Shown piece after piece: positions 12,958 through 26,100 of a stretch of 64,000 nucleotides of DNA; the first letter of the stretch is position 1, and each line of letters starts with the position of its first letter. The notes below the pieces were generated by a model. It searched no databases. It was not told the DNA's origin and saw only the letters and a list, made by a program, of their open reading frames with translations. Source of the stretch: Felis catus. Taxonomy: Eukaryota. The DNA lies in the NCBI RefSeq assembly GCF_018350175.1, contig NC_058373.1, positions 134,416,001 through 134,480,000 of the forward strand, in the 5' to 3' direction. Made by a program: the position numbers and the translations under genes.

Positions 12958-14532
12958 ATCAGCTGAAAAATTCTACAGGATTCTCCCTTTCTCATTATAT
13001 CCTCTTCTGTTTGGGGGGAAAAGGGACATGCCACATATAGCCTGGTTTTCTTGACAGACTTACCAGCATAAGCTCACCTGTGCAAAAACGGCCCCAGGTA
13101 TCCCCAACACCTGCTAGGATAAACAAACCAAACCTGGGTCCCAGGAACTAGTGTGGTTCATTCCAGGTCCCTGGGTGTAAGGTGGGTGTGGAGTGACGTG
13201 CGATCTTGTCCTAGTATTTCTCAACGGAAAAGTGTCTCAAAATAGCTTTTCCCTGACATCGTGGTGGAGTCTCAGATGTGGGGGCTGGACATTCGTTCAG
13301 CCAAAACCGAACACCCCTTCCTACCTTCCAGGTGAAGGTGGGCAGGAGGGGCTGGCGAGCTGGACCACAGGGAGCCTTCTGAGCACTCAGATTCCACAGT
13401 CTTAACACACTTAGCTTTGATGGCACTGAACATCACTGTACTGGGCTAAGGCCCTTCTCTTTGCTAGTAAGGTGCACAACTTCATCAGTGTTTGAAATGG
13501 GAACATTTTCAGACTTTCATACATTTTTTTTTTTTTACTGGAGGCCTTTTACTCGTCCCAAGAGTCTAATCCATAGACATAAATAGATGGCCACAATAAC
13601 TCACTTCTCTGTAAAGCTGAACTGATGATCAATCACAATTTTAGTGTCGATTACAAGGAAATGCCCACCTGAAGATTAAAAGCCTACCATCAGTCTCACC
13701 AAAATCTTCCCTGGCCACAGTGCTGCATCCAGCCCAGGTGACCACCCTCACCTCTGTCCCCAGACACCCAGCCAGTGCCCCTCATACACCTTTGGTGGAT
13801 AGAACAGGTACAGACCCCTCCCAGCCATTGCCAGTGATTCACCACCTGTCATGGGCCATGAGCCCGGCATATAACCAGCAGGGACACACAGGAGGAAAGC
13901 ATTCGCAAGGTCTCCCGTTAGCCCAGATGGAAGTCAGAGTTCACACGGAGAATCTTTACATACTGTGTTCACAGCGAAGGCCCCAAAGGCCCTCATTATA
14001 TCATACACTAGAATAATTTAAACAGCCCCGATGATCCATCTTCCTGGCTCGCAACAGATGAGCAAACTAAACGTGGGAACAAACACTGAACACGCCCACT
14101 GCCAGTAGCAGGAGCACAAGCCAGTGACTGCAAGGAAAAGACCAGAAACCCTATGTACACACACACCAAGGCCTCAAAACTACATTCTGTGGCTATTCAA
14201 ACAACAAAGGGTTCTGTTCCCTCAGCACCCAGCACTTACACACCTTGACAACTATGAGTCATTCATTCATTCGTTCATTCACTCACTCACACCTATTAGA
14301 AAAGTACGCAATTCCTGTTTTGCTAAGTCTTAGAACAGAGTAGGGGGGAAAGGTTTTAAAGGGACAGAGTTTTAGAAAAATTCTCATGGAAAAAAAGTAT
14401 TTAAAATAAACTTTTTGGTAATGAACAGGGTACCAGGAAAATCACCCCTGCCCTCATTCAAATGAACCAGTGCTGTGCTCATTCTCACCAGGCTAAGTGA
14501 ATACAAACATTTGCTTATAATAAATGCATCCT

Positions 14533-14742
14533 GGGGCGCCTGGGTGGCTCAGTCGGTTGAGCATCTGACTTTGGCTCAGGTCATGATCTCACAGTTCGTG
14601 GGTTCAAGCCCCACATCAGGCTCTGTGCTGACAGCTCGGAGCCTGGAGCCTGCTTTGGATTCTGTGTCTCCCTCTCTCTCTGCCCCTCCCCCGCTCATGC
14701 TCTCTCTCAAAAACAAAACCCATTCTGAAAAATTAAAAAATA
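14533..14742 (+). mobile_element. SINEC_Fc-type Can-SINE, full length
   Basis: GGGGCGCCTGGGTGGCTCAGTCGGTTGAGC head; exact TSD aataaatgcatcct (14519-14532 / 14743-14756). Confidence 0.97.
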
Positions 14743-15755
14743 AATAAATGCATCCTGTGATTTTTACCCCTACACAGATTCCTGTGAAGTTAAAAAAGTA
14801 TATGAAAATAAAAAATGGAAGAATACAAGTTCCCTCATTTCTCCTGGGAAGCTGATGCCCAATTTCTCTCAGGATTTCAACAGTAAGGCAAACTACTGCT
14901 ATTTTCATAAATCTGCCAGATTGTAGGTTTTGAGTAGTTTCAAAACATACCCGAAGACTCTGTACTGGGTCCCTGCCAATAAGACTGGCTCAGTGACACA
15001 CTTAAGCAGGCCAAAAAGAAATAAACCTGCAGGCAACTCCCTCCCAAGCACCCCCAGGGGTGGAGGCTCGCTGAGAACAGAACCAGAATCAATACAGTCC
15101 TCTGAGCTCAGACCAGGACCAGCAATTTTAAAAAGCTGATAAATGCTATGGAAACCCAGAGGAAGGACATCTAGTTTGCAGTAAGGATCAGGCAAGGCTT
15201 CCTGAGGAAATGACCCCTGAGCTGAGACCCAAGGATGACGAGGGATGTGGGACGCAGGTGAACCAGGGCTCAGGCACAGGGATCAGCATGTGCAGAGGCC
15301 CAGAGGTAAGGGAACATGGCGTCTGTCAAATTATGAATGCTTTGTGGTTATGGGTGGGTCTTCAGAGTGAGAAATGGGGGGCAGTGTATGAAGCGATGTT
15401 CATTTCTCTACCGAGTGAGTCACAGGCAACCAAGGGGGGAGGGTCAAAAACATCCGACATCCTCTGCGTCTACCCACAACCCCAGGGGGAATCCCACGAC
15501 AGCCTGAGCTAATGGCTGAATCTAAGAAAAACCTTCCTTTACTACCTGCTTCCTACAGTCCTGACACAGAGAAACTCACACCAGCCTTTCTTAGCAGAAA
15601 TAGAATACATCAACATATGCTGATCTAAGCTATATATAAAGTTAGATGTTTGTAGCAACCCGCTTCCAAAACAGAAGGGAAACTATCTGATATTGCATGT
15701 GTGTGAGGGTAGACAAAAGATAGAAGTAGATAGACAGTAGGTAGATAGAAGTGGG

Positions 15756-16047
15756 TTTTTTTTTTTTTTTTTCCAGTAAGTTCATTTATTTCTGAGACAG
15801 CATGCAAGNNNNNNNNNNNNNNNNNNNNNNNNNNNNNNNNNNNNNNNNNNNNNNNNNNNNNNNNNNNNNNNNNNNNNNNNNNNNNNNNNNNNNNNNNNNN
15901 NNNNNNNNNNNNNNNNNNNNNNNNNNNNNNNNNNNNNNNNNATCAGCACAGAGCCCAACATGGGGCTGGATCCCACGAACCATGCAATCATGGCCTGAGC
16001 CGAAATCAAGAGGCAGACTCTTAACCAACTGAGACACCCAGGTGCCC
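15756..16047 (-). mobile_element. Can-SINE interrupted by an assembly gap
   Basis: Poly-T tail, N run at 15809-15941, head ...GAGACACCCAGGTGCCC. Confidence 0.9.
15809..15941. other. Assembly gap
   Basis: N run inside a SINE. Confidence 1.
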
Positions 16048-17165
16048 TTCGAAGTGTAGTTTGATAATTAAAGTACATAAACCTCTAAAATGTGGAGGCA
16101 GAGCTAGATCAGGGCTGGAAAATCCCCTTTCTAATCTCCTGTCTGTGGTACATGTGGCTCGTCAATATCAACACCTTGTTAAGCAGCCTGGAAAGGGGCC
16201 TCAGAATCCCTCTGAAAAGAGCACTGGACAGCACCTGCCAATCAACCGAAGTTGACACATGAAACAAAACCTGTCTTCCGTGCCTGGTACGTGATCTCTA
16301 GGGTCCTTTTTGGGTCCACTCTGAGTCTCCAAGATGCAGCCCTCTGAATGTTCCCACTTCCTGGTCTCTAGATATGGAAAATAAACCTTGTCATTGATAA
16401 ATGTTCACTTAGGCATGAAGGTGGGGATTTAGGCAAAGGAATGCTAACAGTCCCCTCTAAGACGGAGCCCCTCCTGCACACCCTCTGCTCTGTTGAGGTC
16501 AGAAGGCACCGCGACTGCCTGCAAAGACAGGGTCAGAGAAAGGCAGTGACACTGACTCCTCAGTCTTGCTCACTCAGCTCTCCACCACCACAGGGGCCCA
16601 GGATCAGCAAACTGCCAGCCAGGCTGAGGGTTTAACCGTCACCACCTGGAAAATGGACCCTTTCAGGTTAATTCTGCCCCCGCCCCACCCCGTGCCCTTC
16701 ATGCCTATGGGCCATTACTGTACTTTCAGTAAAACACACAGTCATCTGATTTAACCCCAAAGGACAGCATTATCTCCACTTTACAAACAAGAACAGGTTC
16801 AGACCAGCAGAGTCACAGAACTAAGATTTGGTCCTGGGCTGTTCACCACCTGCTTTGCCCTAACTCCCTATCGTCCCTTTGCCCCCTGAAATGGTCATTT
16901 CTGAGGGTTACAGCTCCTTCCAGAACAGAACTCTATCTGATCCAAATGCCACAGTGCAGGCATTTAACCAGTGCCTGCTGACTGAGCGAGTGACATTAAC
17001 AGTTAACACTGAGTCCTTGGGTAGAACATAGAGAACAATTTCAGTTTCCTTCCCTGCTGGGATGGAGACTATGCATTTGTATGTACCTATTTGTTCTTAA
17101 TAATTCTCTATACTGCTCTCCTCTGCTGTGTGTTAGAGTCAATCACTAACTGTGTTTCCCCCTGG

Positions 17166-17364
17166 TTTCTTGTTTAACAAAAGTGCTCGAGCAGGGAAGA
17201 GGGGCAGAGGGAGGCTGGGGAGAGAGACAGAGGGAGAGAGAATCTTAAGCAGGCTCCACGGCCAGTGCTCAGCCCAATGTGAGGCTTGATCTCACAACCC
17301 TGAGATCATGACCTGAGCCAAAATCAAGTCAGATGTTCAACCGAGTGAGCAACCCAGGCACCCC
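17166..17364 (-). mobile_element. Can-SINE
   Basis: GA tract, GAATCTTAAGCAGGCTCCAC, GAGATCATGACCTGAGCC, and head ...CCCAGGCACCCC. Confidence 0.92.
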
Positions 17365-18231
17365 TCCGTGCTTTCTTATTTAAAAAACCATTATTTCCTA
17401 AGGATGATTATGGGGCTGTCTCACTGACTTGAAAGTAATGCTGCGCTGAACGTGACCCACGTGTATGTCTCTTCAACGTCTAATGACATCCTGAGACTCA
17501 CTCACAAGAGCACAGCTCTGTGGGCCCTCCAGAGGACCCGGCTTGCATCAAAACCAGCAGTTTATTATCATTTGAACAGTCAGGGTCACCTTCCACAGGC
17601 ACTGCCGAGGAACAGAATGGATGGGGAGTTCCTGGTGGGTGGGCACATGAGGACATCCCCCACATACCTGTCTCGGTGCATACGGTCTGAAGCAGGCATC
17701 TCCACATAATACCTCACTGGCTGAAGGGCGACTCCTAGGAAGCCCTCACCTAGCTTTTTTACACCCAGAACATTACCAAACGGGGCCCCCACCAGGCAGG
17801 AACATAACCAGGCACTCCACTATCTGTTTATTCAGTTACTGAATAAATGGTTATCACAGGTGGGCTTTGGCAGGCACCAAGTCGCATGTCAGTGCAAACG
17901 GTGCAGGAGCCTCCCACGCACCCCCCCCCCCCCCGCCGACCAGCGGCCCCCTGATCCCGGCATCAGTGCACCCCCCAATCCAGCTTGCCACCGACCCCCG
18001 GATCCCCAGCACCGCCAGGTGTGGGCAACAAGAGGCGTCTGCCCAGCAACAGAGGCAGCTGCTCCCAGATTGGGGAGAACACTTTGAAACAGCCACCCCA
18101 AGCCCCTCAGACAGCATGCCCAACAGAAAGGACTCCCTGCCTGTCCCCCCTCCCCCCCCACCCAGGCCACAGCAGGGGAAAGCTAATTCTCCCTAGCATC
18201 GAACAATTACAGATCAGAAAAGCAAAATGCA

Positions 18232-18441
18232 GAGGCGCCTGGGTGGCTTAGTCAGTTAAGCGTCGACTTCAGCTCAGGTCACGATCTCGCGGTCTGTGAG
18301 TTCGAGCCCCGCGTCGGGCTCTGGGCTGATGGCTCAGAGCCTGGAGCCTGCTTCCGATTCTGTGTCTCCCTCTCTCTCTGTCCCTCCCCTGCTCATAGTC
18401 TGTCTCTCTCTCAAAGTAAACAAACATTAACAAAAAGAAGA
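18232..18441 (+). mobile_element. SINEC_Fc-type Can-SINE, CpG-rich and probably young
   Basis: Full body; near-TSD agaaaagcaaaat / agaaaagcagaat. Confidence 0.96.
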
Positions 18442-19119
18442 AGAAAAGCAGAATCTGACCACAAGAACTCAGCTTGAGACCCAGCATCCGCACTGGTCGC
18501 AGGCGAGAGGGTGCCACAGGCAGGAGATGATGTGAGGAAGGGAAGGGTTCCTCCCCACCACCAGGCAGAAAACTCAAAGCCCAAATACTATCAGTGACCA
18601 TAAAGAACCTTTCACAAACAACATCTCGTCCCTCCTCCTCGGACAGCCACGGCCACAGGGAACAGTGCTGCTGGAAGCCATGGCGTGGTTACCACAGCCA
18701 GGGAGCCGTCTCTGTGTACAGACCATCGCTAAGAAGTTTACTCAACAAAGGCTGGTATCCAGGCAGATCCCAGGCCTGTTCCGAAGGCCGGCATTTGGCT
18801 GCGCTCTAACACCTGCCTGTGCCTCGTGTTAACCAAGCTTTTCACGTTCCTGGAAAAGCAAAGTGCTGGCTTTCAGCTCAAGTGTCCAGCAACCCCTGCA
18901 TTCTAGATGGACCAAAAGACTCCTGTCCGGACCCAGCAAGCAGCACAGGAGCAAAGCAGCAGGCCGTAGCCTCGCCATTTGCAACCGCACTTGGATGCTT
19001 TTCTGAGCCTGCTCCCTCCAGGACAGAACGGGGAGCGTCACCAGGATCCAAATGGCTACAAGGTTGGTTCTCCTTTGCTCACTTACTTCTTCCCTCTTTG
19101 TCTAAACAACCTGAGGTTT

Positions 19120-19321
19120 GGGGCCCCCGGGTGGCTCAGTCGGTTAAGCATCCTGCTCTTGATTTTGGCTCAGATCACGATCTCACAGTTCATGGGATCG
19201 AGCCCCATGTTGGGCTTTGTGCTGACAGGGCAGAACCTTCTTGGAATTCTCTCTCCCTCTCTCTCTCCGCCCCTCCCTCCCTCACGCTCTCAAAATAAAC
19301 AAACATAAAAAAAAAAAAAAG
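19120..19321 (+). mobile_element. Can-SINE, full length
   Basis: Exact TSD aacctgaggttt (19108-19119 / 19322-19333) and poly-A tail. Confidence 0.96.
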
Positions 19322-21364
19322 AACCTGAGGTTTTTGTAAATACAAAAATAAAAATATGTGCACACAAGAACAAAATTACAATGAGGGAGAAATGAAAAAC
19401 AAAATAATGTTAAGAGAAGTAACACCAGAAATCTCCCTTTAACCCCCAATGGTGGACGCTTGCCACCAGGTCACCCGGCAAGCGGCGGCACTAGGGAGGG
19501 CAGAACCGCAGGGAGATGGCGGGGGAGGGAAGCCAGCCCTCGAGATCTTTAAGAGAACACTCACTGGGGCAAGAAGACTGTTCCTAACAAACCTAGCTCT
19601 GGGCCCTCTTCCCGGGCTGCCGGGGTGCAGGGAGCAAGCCACAGGCACACAGCCCACCCAGGCTCCCTGCTAGTCTGCAGAAGGCAGAGCTGTGCCGTGT
19701 GGACTAGGAGGCAAGGCTTCCACAGGGTCTGAAAAGCACTTTGGGGATGCCTTTGACAGGAGAGCAAGCAAACACTGCGAGGGTTAAATATTGATCCCAG
19801 GAGTTTCCCTCCGGCCTTTGAAAAGTAAACTTCGGCTGTGACAGAGACTTCCTCCTAGTGTCCTGAGGACAGATGCCCCTCACGGGATTCCCAACACAGT
19901 TCCACTGGTGTGAGCTTCTCCCTCCCAGGACACCTTTCCTCTGCTGCTCTGCCACACACAGCCTCCTCCAGGAGGTCTTCCTGGCTTGCCTGGCAGAACT
20001 CATCATCTGCTCTGCATTTTATGGAAAGCACACGTATGTCACTTCTCACCCTGGAAAAGATCTAGCAGTTACCAACGTGGTCTTCCTATCCTCCCTCCCC
20101 CAACACGGACTGGGGGCTTCTTGAGCAAAAACAGCCTCCTTGTTTCCAGGGGCCCTGGACCCAGCGTGGTGGGCATCTGACAATGAAAGCTGGAGGAGAG
20201 GGTCGGGCTCAACTTCTCTGTGGGCCTCTGGCCGAGGGGTAGCCTACTCAAAAAAGCAAGGGTGCAGGGCCATTCTAGTCTTCTATGGGGGCGGGGGAGG
20301 GGCAGAAATTGGCCCTTTGGTTTCCTCCGTCAGAACGGAGGCCTGCATGAGCTGGGAGGAAGCTACGGCACCTGTAGGCACAGAATGCTCCCACTCATCA
20401 AGGTGCTTTCTCGGTCACTAGAAGCCCTTCAGTGAGCACCAGAATAGGGAGAAAACAGAAGACCAATGGCCAGCCCACTGAATAGCAATTAATGGAATCC
20501 CCAAGACTATCCTCAAGTGTTCCAGCTGTATTCACAGACACCACTCTGTAGGATATGGGGACAGCCCCTCCACAGACCCGGGTATCTTGCCTTGTGTTTA
20601 AAATCCACACAGCACCAGGCTGAAGGATGACGGTGGCCACTCCCCGATGACCCACGTATATATCCATCTGCAGAGCTTAACGGTGACAAATGCGTCTCTT
20701 ACCTATGGGGCCATCAAGCCATATGCTTCTGAAGGAGTTCCCTCTCCTCTCTGAGCTGGGTTTCCCAACTTAACATGGCTCCGTTCCTTCTACTCTAAGC
20801 GTCTTAGGTGGGATCAGCCATTTACAAGTCAGAAAACCACTACTGCACTTGGATACAAACCCTGGAAGACAAACAATGCTCTCTTCCAGCATGACTGCTG
20901 AATGATTCATCGGAGAAATTAACTTGCTACCACCTTGGCTTCTGTCAGACGAATCTAGTCTTTTTTTGTGTGGCCCGGTGACAGGCCTGGCTGCTGAGAA
21001 AGCAGAGCTTGAGGGGACCAGGGAGCTGGTCCAGGTGTGACCAACAGATAAAGCAGACATCATCACCTCTTGGTTGTCATGATTTCTTCCAGAACAGACT
21101 CTGAGAAACCATGTAAATGTCCCTAATGGATGCACAGCTGGCAAGCTGGTGGGGTGAGAGCAGTTTCCAGTGCATCATCTCCAGTCTCGCGGAGCCACAC
21201 ACACATGGTGTTGGGCAGAGATGGACTTCCACTTGACCCCGACCACTGACATCTGACCTTTTGCATCTGTGAGAGCATGTGCTTAACACTTGTCAGCTGC
21301 ACTTGCTTGAAGGAAGGGAAGTGGGGACAGGAGGAGATAAAGGTAGGTCTCCGGCAGGCATGCT

Positions 21365-21900
21365 TTCTTTACTGAGCACCTACTATGGGCCAGGTACTGC
21401 TGTGGACACTTGGGATAGATGGGCGGCAATAAGAAGAAAAAACCCAAAGATTCCTGTCCTCTTGAGAAATTACATCCTGGGGGTGGAGGTGGGTAAGCAA
21501 CGCAACAGAGATGAAAAAATAAATGATACTGGAGGGTGATAAATACTGGGAAAGGGGGAGGCAGAGCAGGATGAGGGGACTGGCCTGGGGACACAGGGGG
21601 TCGGGAGGGGCACTTGAGCAAAGACTTGTGTCTGGGAAAAGCATGCCAGGCAGTGGCAACAGCCGCTGCGCAGACCCTAGCACCAGGAGGGAAGGGGCAA
21701 GAAAGTAACACAACCTGACTGGCGTGTATCTAAGAGGACCAGGGGCTGTGCTTAGGACAGACTACCAGGGGCAAGGACAGAGCCAGGCAGGTGTCACAAA
21801 GCCACTCTGGCACGCAGCCGGGTGGGAGATCAGGGTGGCCATGTGGCAAGAGGAGAGAAGAACTCAGGTGTCCCGAAGGCACAGCCGAGGTACCTGCCTG
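21365..21900. mobile_element. LINE2 relic
   Basis: TTTACTGAGCACCTACTATGGGCCAGGTACTG..., followed by a purine-rich L2-like body. Similar relics lie at about 15140-15330, 39025-39320 and 40610-40740. Confidence 0.65.
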
Positions 21901-22268
21901 ACAAGTGTGGGTGAGAGAGGTCAGGATTTAGCCAACTAGAAACAAAACAAAGGGACACCCTACAACACCCAGCCCTGGGAGCCACCAGAACAAGGTGGGA
22001 GCCACCAGGGCAAGGCTTTCCTGCTCACAGCCATCATGTAAAAGTGAGCAAGGGGCTCAGAGCAGAGTCCTGCGAGACCCCAGCCGGGCTCCAACAAGTG
22101 GGGTCCACAGTAATGAGGTACTGGATAGACGCTTCCCAAGGGACTGGCACCCAGGTGACAGACAGCTGCACAACATTGTGCCATTAAAGAGAAAATCCAG
22201 AGTGGCAATTCAAGCTAAAGAAGAGAGAATGAGGATTTGGGGCCACAGGGGCAGGTACTGCAGAGAGA

Positions 22269-22486
22269 TTTTTTTTTTTAAGTTTGTTTATTTTGAGAGA
22301 GGGAGTGAGAACATAAGCGGGGGCGGAGGGGGAGATAGAGAAGGAGAGAGAGAATCCCAAGCAGGCTCTGCACTACCATTGCAGAGCCCAATGTGGGGCT
22401 CGAACTCATCAACTGAACCATGAGATCACGATCTGAGCCAAAATCAAGAGTCGGACACTTAACTGATGGAGCCACCCAGGCGCCCC
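22269..22486 (-). mobile_element. Can-SINE, full length
   Basis: Exact TSD actgcagagagatttt (22257-22272 / 22487-22502). Confidence 0.96.
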
Positions 22487-22532
22487 ACTGCAGAGAGATT
22501 TTAACAACAGTTTAAAGTATATGAAGTTCTTT

Positions 22533-22655
22533 GGGGCAACTGGGTAGCTATTGGTTGAGCGTCCAACTCTTGGGTTTTGGCTCCAATCATGAGCATGGAG
22601 CCTGCTTATGATTCATTGTCTCTCTCCCTCCCTCCTTCTCTCTCTGCCCCTCTCC
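22533..22655 (+). mobile_element. Can-SINE, internally shortened, running into an assembly gap
   Basis: GGGGCAACTGGGTAGCT head, GGAGCCTGCTTATGATTC, CT tract, then Ns. Confidence 0.85.
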
Positions 22656-22929
22656 NNNNNNNNNNNNNNNNNNNNNNNNNNNNNNNNNNNNNNNNNNNNN
22701 NNNNNNNNNNNNNNNNNNNNNNNNNNNNNNNNNNNNNNNNNNNNNNNNNNNNNNNNNNNNNNNNNNNNNNNNNNNNNNNNNNNNNNNNNNNNNNNNNNNN
22801 NNNNNNNNNNNNNNNNNNNNNNNNNNNNNNNNNNNNNNNNNNNNNNNNNNNNNNNNNNNNNNNNNNNNNNNNNNNNNNNNNNNNNNNNNNNNNNNNNNNN
22901 NNNNNNNNNNNNNNNNNNNNNNNNNNNNN
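22656..22929. other. Assembly gap
   Basis: N run after a SINE CT tract. Confidence 1.
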
Positions 22930-23711
22930 CATCCTTTTGTCTGACGGGCGCAGGCAGAGCAGGTCAGACACACAGAAAAAAATCTCATAACAGAAATCAT
23001 GACACCTCCCTTGTTGGGGTCAGAGCAAGGGGACAAAGGTTTGGCGTCTCAGGATGGGTGTCACTGGGACTGGATGCTCTGCTGGGTTCTGTCCCGCCCG
23101 TGGCCCCTGGCTCCACTGAGACACATTTGCCAAAAAAATAGTAACAACAACCCCAAACTGTGATGTGTTATAAATAACGGTACGGTGTCAACGTGAGCCG
23201 AAAAGAGCACAGGCATCTTCCTACGACGTGCGAGGAGGAGTAAAAAGACAGCGCTCCGCTCACCTTCCAAACCCACTTCCAGGCCACCACCCAAAACAGA
23301 AAGCAACTTTGTGCTTTATTCAAAAACAAACCCCAAATGCTTCACTCATCTATTTTTTTTTTAATTGAAAACAGACAACACCATTCCATAAATAGGCCTC
23401 TGCATCTTCTTGCCAACCTTCTCTCTTCCCGGAGGCCCCCTGGCACTTCCGTCAAAACCTACCCAAGCGTGTGCCCAGCTCCCAGCTCCCGGCCAGGCCG
23501 CCAGCGCCGTGATGAGCCAGAACCGGTCTCTGTGCACGGCCGGCAAAGACCCCGCCTGGGGGCCCTCTGGGCTTGTCACGAGGCCCACGCTCGAGGTCTC
23601 TTTCCAACCTCTCCTTGAGAGCTGGAGACACAACCTTTTGAGTGACATGTACGGATTCTTTTCTGTGCTGGAGACAATCCACGCACCTGTCAGTTGGAAA
23701 GCAGCTTCCCA

Positions 23712-23835
23712 CAACGTTCTATACCTGAACTATGGCAAAGGTCACACGACTCTATATGATTATGACAGAGAGTCACCCCACAGTATACTCAGAACGGGTG
23801 AATTTTATGGGATGCAAACTATACCTCAATAAAGC
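23712..23835 (+). mobile_element. Ancient L1M 3' terminus fragment
   Basis: GGTGAATTTTATGGGATGCAAACTATACCTCAATAAAGC resembles the L1MB/MC-type terminus. Confidence 0.7.
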
Positions 23836-25983
23836 CGTCTCAAGAAAAAGTCAGCGTCCACCTCACCTGGATGTTTCTGTTCAGCACTGGACCTGAAGTG
23901 GGGGCCTGTGTTGTCTCTACATGTGGACAACCTCTTGGCCCCTGTGGTTCAGAGGCTGGAACAGAGACTCTGCCGAGGGGGAGGCTGGGGCCAGAGTTCC
24001 AGGGTGAGGAGGAACCTGCTGAAGGGGCTTCCAGGGGACAGGCTTCCCACCAGCAGCAGGAAGAGAGGACACTGACAGGGAAAAGAAGGGGCACCCAGAG
24101 GAAGCGGGTGAGCTACACAGCACGCCAGGGTGATGGGGGGCTGGGTGGGGGAGTGGGAGGAGTTTCATGTTAGATTGAGCCATCTGCCACTGCCAGTTTT
24201 GTAGGTCAAAACGGCTGAACACTGGCCCAACCTCACATGTCCGTGTGTGCTATGGATGGGGAGTTCAGACTCCGGGGTCTGCTTACGGGCTGAGTGACCG
24301 AGGGCTCATCACTTAAACTCTACGGGCCTGCATCTTCTCACCTATAAATGGGATGGCACAGCCACACCCCGGAAGCACACTTTGATTTCCACGTTTTAAT
24401 ACATACACAACACCCAGCACATGGCAGGCTCACCAAGGGCTCAAGGAGGGAGCATCCTTCTTTCCTGCTCCCCTGCCCGCCTCTTCACCTTACGTGGCCG
24501 CCTCCAGAGCAGGCGGAAGAACAGAACGAAGCTTGCATGGCCAGCCTCCCACAGGCATCTCTCTTCCCTTGTAAGACCGGCCCCCGAATATGTCAGGACA
24601 GTTCTGCTCGGCGAAGGAGACCCCCACTTTCCTGATGTTACTACAGAAATACGAGAGCGCCGACTGTCCCTGGGGCCCGGGGCTGTGGCTGGCATCCTCT
24701 ATGTGGGGGAACCAGGAAATCAAACCAAAAGACGAACGGCCCAAAGGCAGAGCGGGGGGCAAAGTGAACCAAAGGCCCCGGTTACCGACACACCGGGTGG
24801 GTAAGGGCGTTCGCTGCCAGGAGCCACCCGGTGGGCCTGGGTGGCCTCTGCAAAGCCATCATGCAAGGCCGTGAGTGCTCATGGCCAGCTGTGCTAAAGA
24901 CTATGGGAGGTCATGTGGAGAAAAGGCACACGCACCACCCAGTTGGGGCCCAGGAGGACACTCGCCAGGAGCAAAGTGATCTGATGCTCAGCTGCCCCCG
25001 ACCTGGTGCCCCCAGATGCTGCTGCAGCCGAGGGCCGCGGCGCTAAAACACAACTTCTCTACAAGAAGTGTCCTGGGCTGGTCACTCGGTGTACTCTTCC
25101 TTCAGTCTGCAGGCAACTTTAGCTAATGTCATACAGGCAGGAGCAAGGACGGCCAGACTCCAGTGGGAGCAGGGTGAGAGGAGATGCTGCAGAGGAAAGC
25201 TTCGGTTCCTTCTGTAGAAGCCTCTACTGTGTGGGGTCCTTCCTGCATTCCTGGACCCTCACCTGTTTCTAGCAGGCCAGAGACCTACGCTAGCCAAGTG
25301 TCTGCTGGAACGGGTCCCAGCCAGCTAGTGCACTGTCCCTGGGGCCGGCGAGCTGATGTCCATGAGCCATGGGTGCAGGTCAAGGCACACAACTGTGGCA
25401 GGGAAGAAATCCATCAGCCTGTGTAACTCTCCCGATGAGTTAGCTGGGCAGGTATGAATTAAGCTCTGATTTTCTGCAATGGAGGACATTTCATTCAGTC
25501 TTTCAAAGGCACACCGAGTGTCCAAGCCTGGGACTTAGAAACCTTGCCCTCTCGGGCTCCATAGACCCGTGGGAGGTATGAAAACAGATACAAAACAGGA
25601 CATGCCAGAGAGATACACCACAGTGTGAATCAAAGTGTAGTACAATCCAGCGGAAGGGACATTCGTTCGCTCAAAAGGTTCTTAACTTTCTTGCCAATAG
25701 ATACCACAATACCATGACGGTGTGGCTTCCTAAAGAGAGACCCCCAGCAAGTCTGGCCTACGACTCAGGCGCCTAAGCCTGACAAAGCAGTGGCCTCGCC
25801 TGCCTCCACACTTGCGTATGAGGGGTTGGGAGGGCTCATTCTTAAGGGGGGGAAAAAAACGTGCTCTTGGCTTAATGCCTCAGAGTAATAAACCACCCTT
25901 TAAAATCGCACCAAAATGATCACGTGTTGTCACTGTGGTGGCTCTGAGCCGGCAGCCAGAGCTCTGTCTCCAGCAGCTGCTCA

Positions 25984-26100
<117 letters not shown>

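Noticed and set aside
14533-14620. tRNA genes suggested by A-box and B-box motifs
   Set aside because: All such motifs are heads of tRNA-derived Can-SINEs followed by CT tracts, poly-A tails and TSDs.
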